Positions 62,496-64,000 of a stretch of DNA of 64,000 nucleotides are shown one piece after another. The translations under genes and the position numbers were made by a program. Where the stretch lies: assembly GCF_004010195.1 (NCBI RefSeq), contig NC_057758.1, positions 2,516,205-2,580,204 on the forward strand, read 5' to 3'. The notes under the pieces were generated by a model. The model did no database searches, was not told where the DNA came from, and was given only the letters and a program-made list of their open reading frames with translations. This stretch comes from Chiloscyllium plagiosum. Taxonomy: Eukaryota. The first letter of the stretch is position 1; each line of letters begins with the position of its first letter.

Positions 62496-63699
62496 CACGC
62501 ACGGGGCATAACAGACGCCTTGGGGCATAACATCAGCCATGGAAAGTTGAACCAAGAGAACGTAAAGGTAAAGGCCACGGAGGATTTTCCAGGACCAACC
62601 TCGATGAAAGGTGTTTTGATTCTTTGGACGAAGCGGAATCTATCAGAAGTTTGTTACAAACTTCAGCAGTGCAGCAGCACTGTTATCTGATTTGCTGAAG
62701 AAGCACACAATGCTTCAGCGGACAGAACAATGTCAGAAGGCATTCGACCGTTTGAAAGCCAAACTAACCCCCAAACCAATTTTGACTACACCAATTTTGT
62801 CATAACCTTTTAAAGTCGCCAACCATACTGGAGGCATAGGAGTTGGAGCTGTACTCTTGCAAGAAAATGAGGATGGGATTGACCTGCCAGTTGTTTACTT
62901 TTCGAAGAAGGTCAACATCTAACAGAGGAAATTCTCTACAAACTGTTGAGTTTGGTACTGACCTCATAACATTTTAATTTTTAATATCACAATCAGTGTA
63001 CACGGATCACAATTCGGTTATATTCTTTGGACTCACACTGTGTTCCTTCATCCCTCTCTCTCTCTGTCTGTTGTCTCTCTACCTCACAGTTTCTCTCTGC
63101 CAAACCTTCCACCTCTATCTTCCTCTCCTTACCTTGTTTGAGGTTTTCATTCTTTCTAACTCTACTTTCACTCTGCCTCTGTCTATCTTTGTCTATCTCT
63201 CTGCACCTATCACTTTCGCTTTTGTCTCGTTCTCACATCCCCATGTTAGTGCATCCTCTCTATCCATTCTTTTTCTCATCATTCTCCGTCAATCTTTAAC
63301 TGTCCCCACTTTCTGTATCTCAGATACTTCCTGTCATTATTGCTTATATTTTGCTCTCGCCCTCTCTCTTTTGTCAGGACCGCTTTCTTCAATTGTCTGC
63401 ACTTTTCGATTCTGAAGTGAAATAAAAGAAACAAAGTCGTTTTAAACAATATAAATGTGTGGAAAGAACTGGTCCATATTTTAAAAACTTTCAACATGGT
63501 ATTGACTCAAAACGCTGCTTGCACAGCTACTGAATGGAGCAACAGTTGCCTTGGTGGTCTGCCGGGCGGGTACCGTCGTGTTCAAATGACCTAGATCAAA
63601 GAGACGTCGGAGAACATTTTCATTTCTCCGTGAAAGCGCAGTGGCACGCAAAGACAATAATAAAAAGAAGGTGTTTGTATGTAGTCATTTATTCGTCAA

Positions 63700-64000
63700 G
63701 GCAATTAATGTTGAGTATAGGGTTTGGGAGGTTATGCTCTGGCTGTACAGAACATCGGTTAGACTACATTTCGAACACTGTTTTCCTTCTGTAGGAAATA
63801 TGCATTATAATTTGAATGTATGTAGAAAAGATTTACAAAAATGCTGCTGGGTTTTGAATTTTTGAGCTTTCAGGGGAGGCTGAATAGGCTGGGATTATTT
63901 TCTCTGGAGCATTGGAGACTGCGGGGTGACTTTACAGAAATTTATAAATTACGTGCAATTTGGATAAAGTGAATAGTCTTTTTTCCCGGTGTACGGGAAT
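63700..64000 (+). mobile_element. CR1 3' fragment running off the window
   Basis: VMLWLYRTSVRLHFEHC and LNRLGLFSLE. Confidence 0.8.

Larger units (their letters stand above)
56129..63030 (+). mobile_element. Decayed Gypsy LTR retrotransposon with Gmr1-type domain order (LTR-gag-PR-IN-RT-RH)
   Basis: TGTTATG LTR start; gag with ELVPEAYRQ, SCAN-like EIILLEQFKNSFP (about 57900) and CCHC knuckle CSHCDKVAHGKSQC (58185-58226); protease-like ILKDIGS (about 60250); integrase C-terminal FCGPY (about 61280); then RT WSSPI...DSYPIPR...GYWQVP...YLDG (61650-62130) and RNase H (about 62800-63010). Confidence 0.88.

Overview
Eukaryotic, repeat-dominated genomic DNA with several N gaps. The repeat content points to a cartilaginous fish, probably a carpet or bamboo shark: HE1-type tRNA/V-SINEs with (TTAGA)n tails, many decayed CR1 LINEs, Penelope-like elements, RTE and Tx1 LINE fragments, and a Gmr1-type Gypsy element. 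The main observation is missing from the ORF track: a two-exon, TATA-driven gene on the + strand (3615-3714 + 6494-6612). It encodes a 72-aa precursor made of a signal peptide, an acidic propiece and a cationic C-X6-C-X4-C-X10-C-X5-CC peptide, i.e. a candidate shark beta-defensin. The window also holds an intact 391-aa C2H2 zinc-finger gene (- strand) with a CCAAT/ETS/ZNF143-type promoter, minimal hammerhead ribozyme cores in Penelope termini, a 2.5-kb near-perfect palindrome and a duplication-inversion rearrangement (both real or assembly-derived), and a few orphan exon candidates. Repeat boundaries are approximate and were read by eye.
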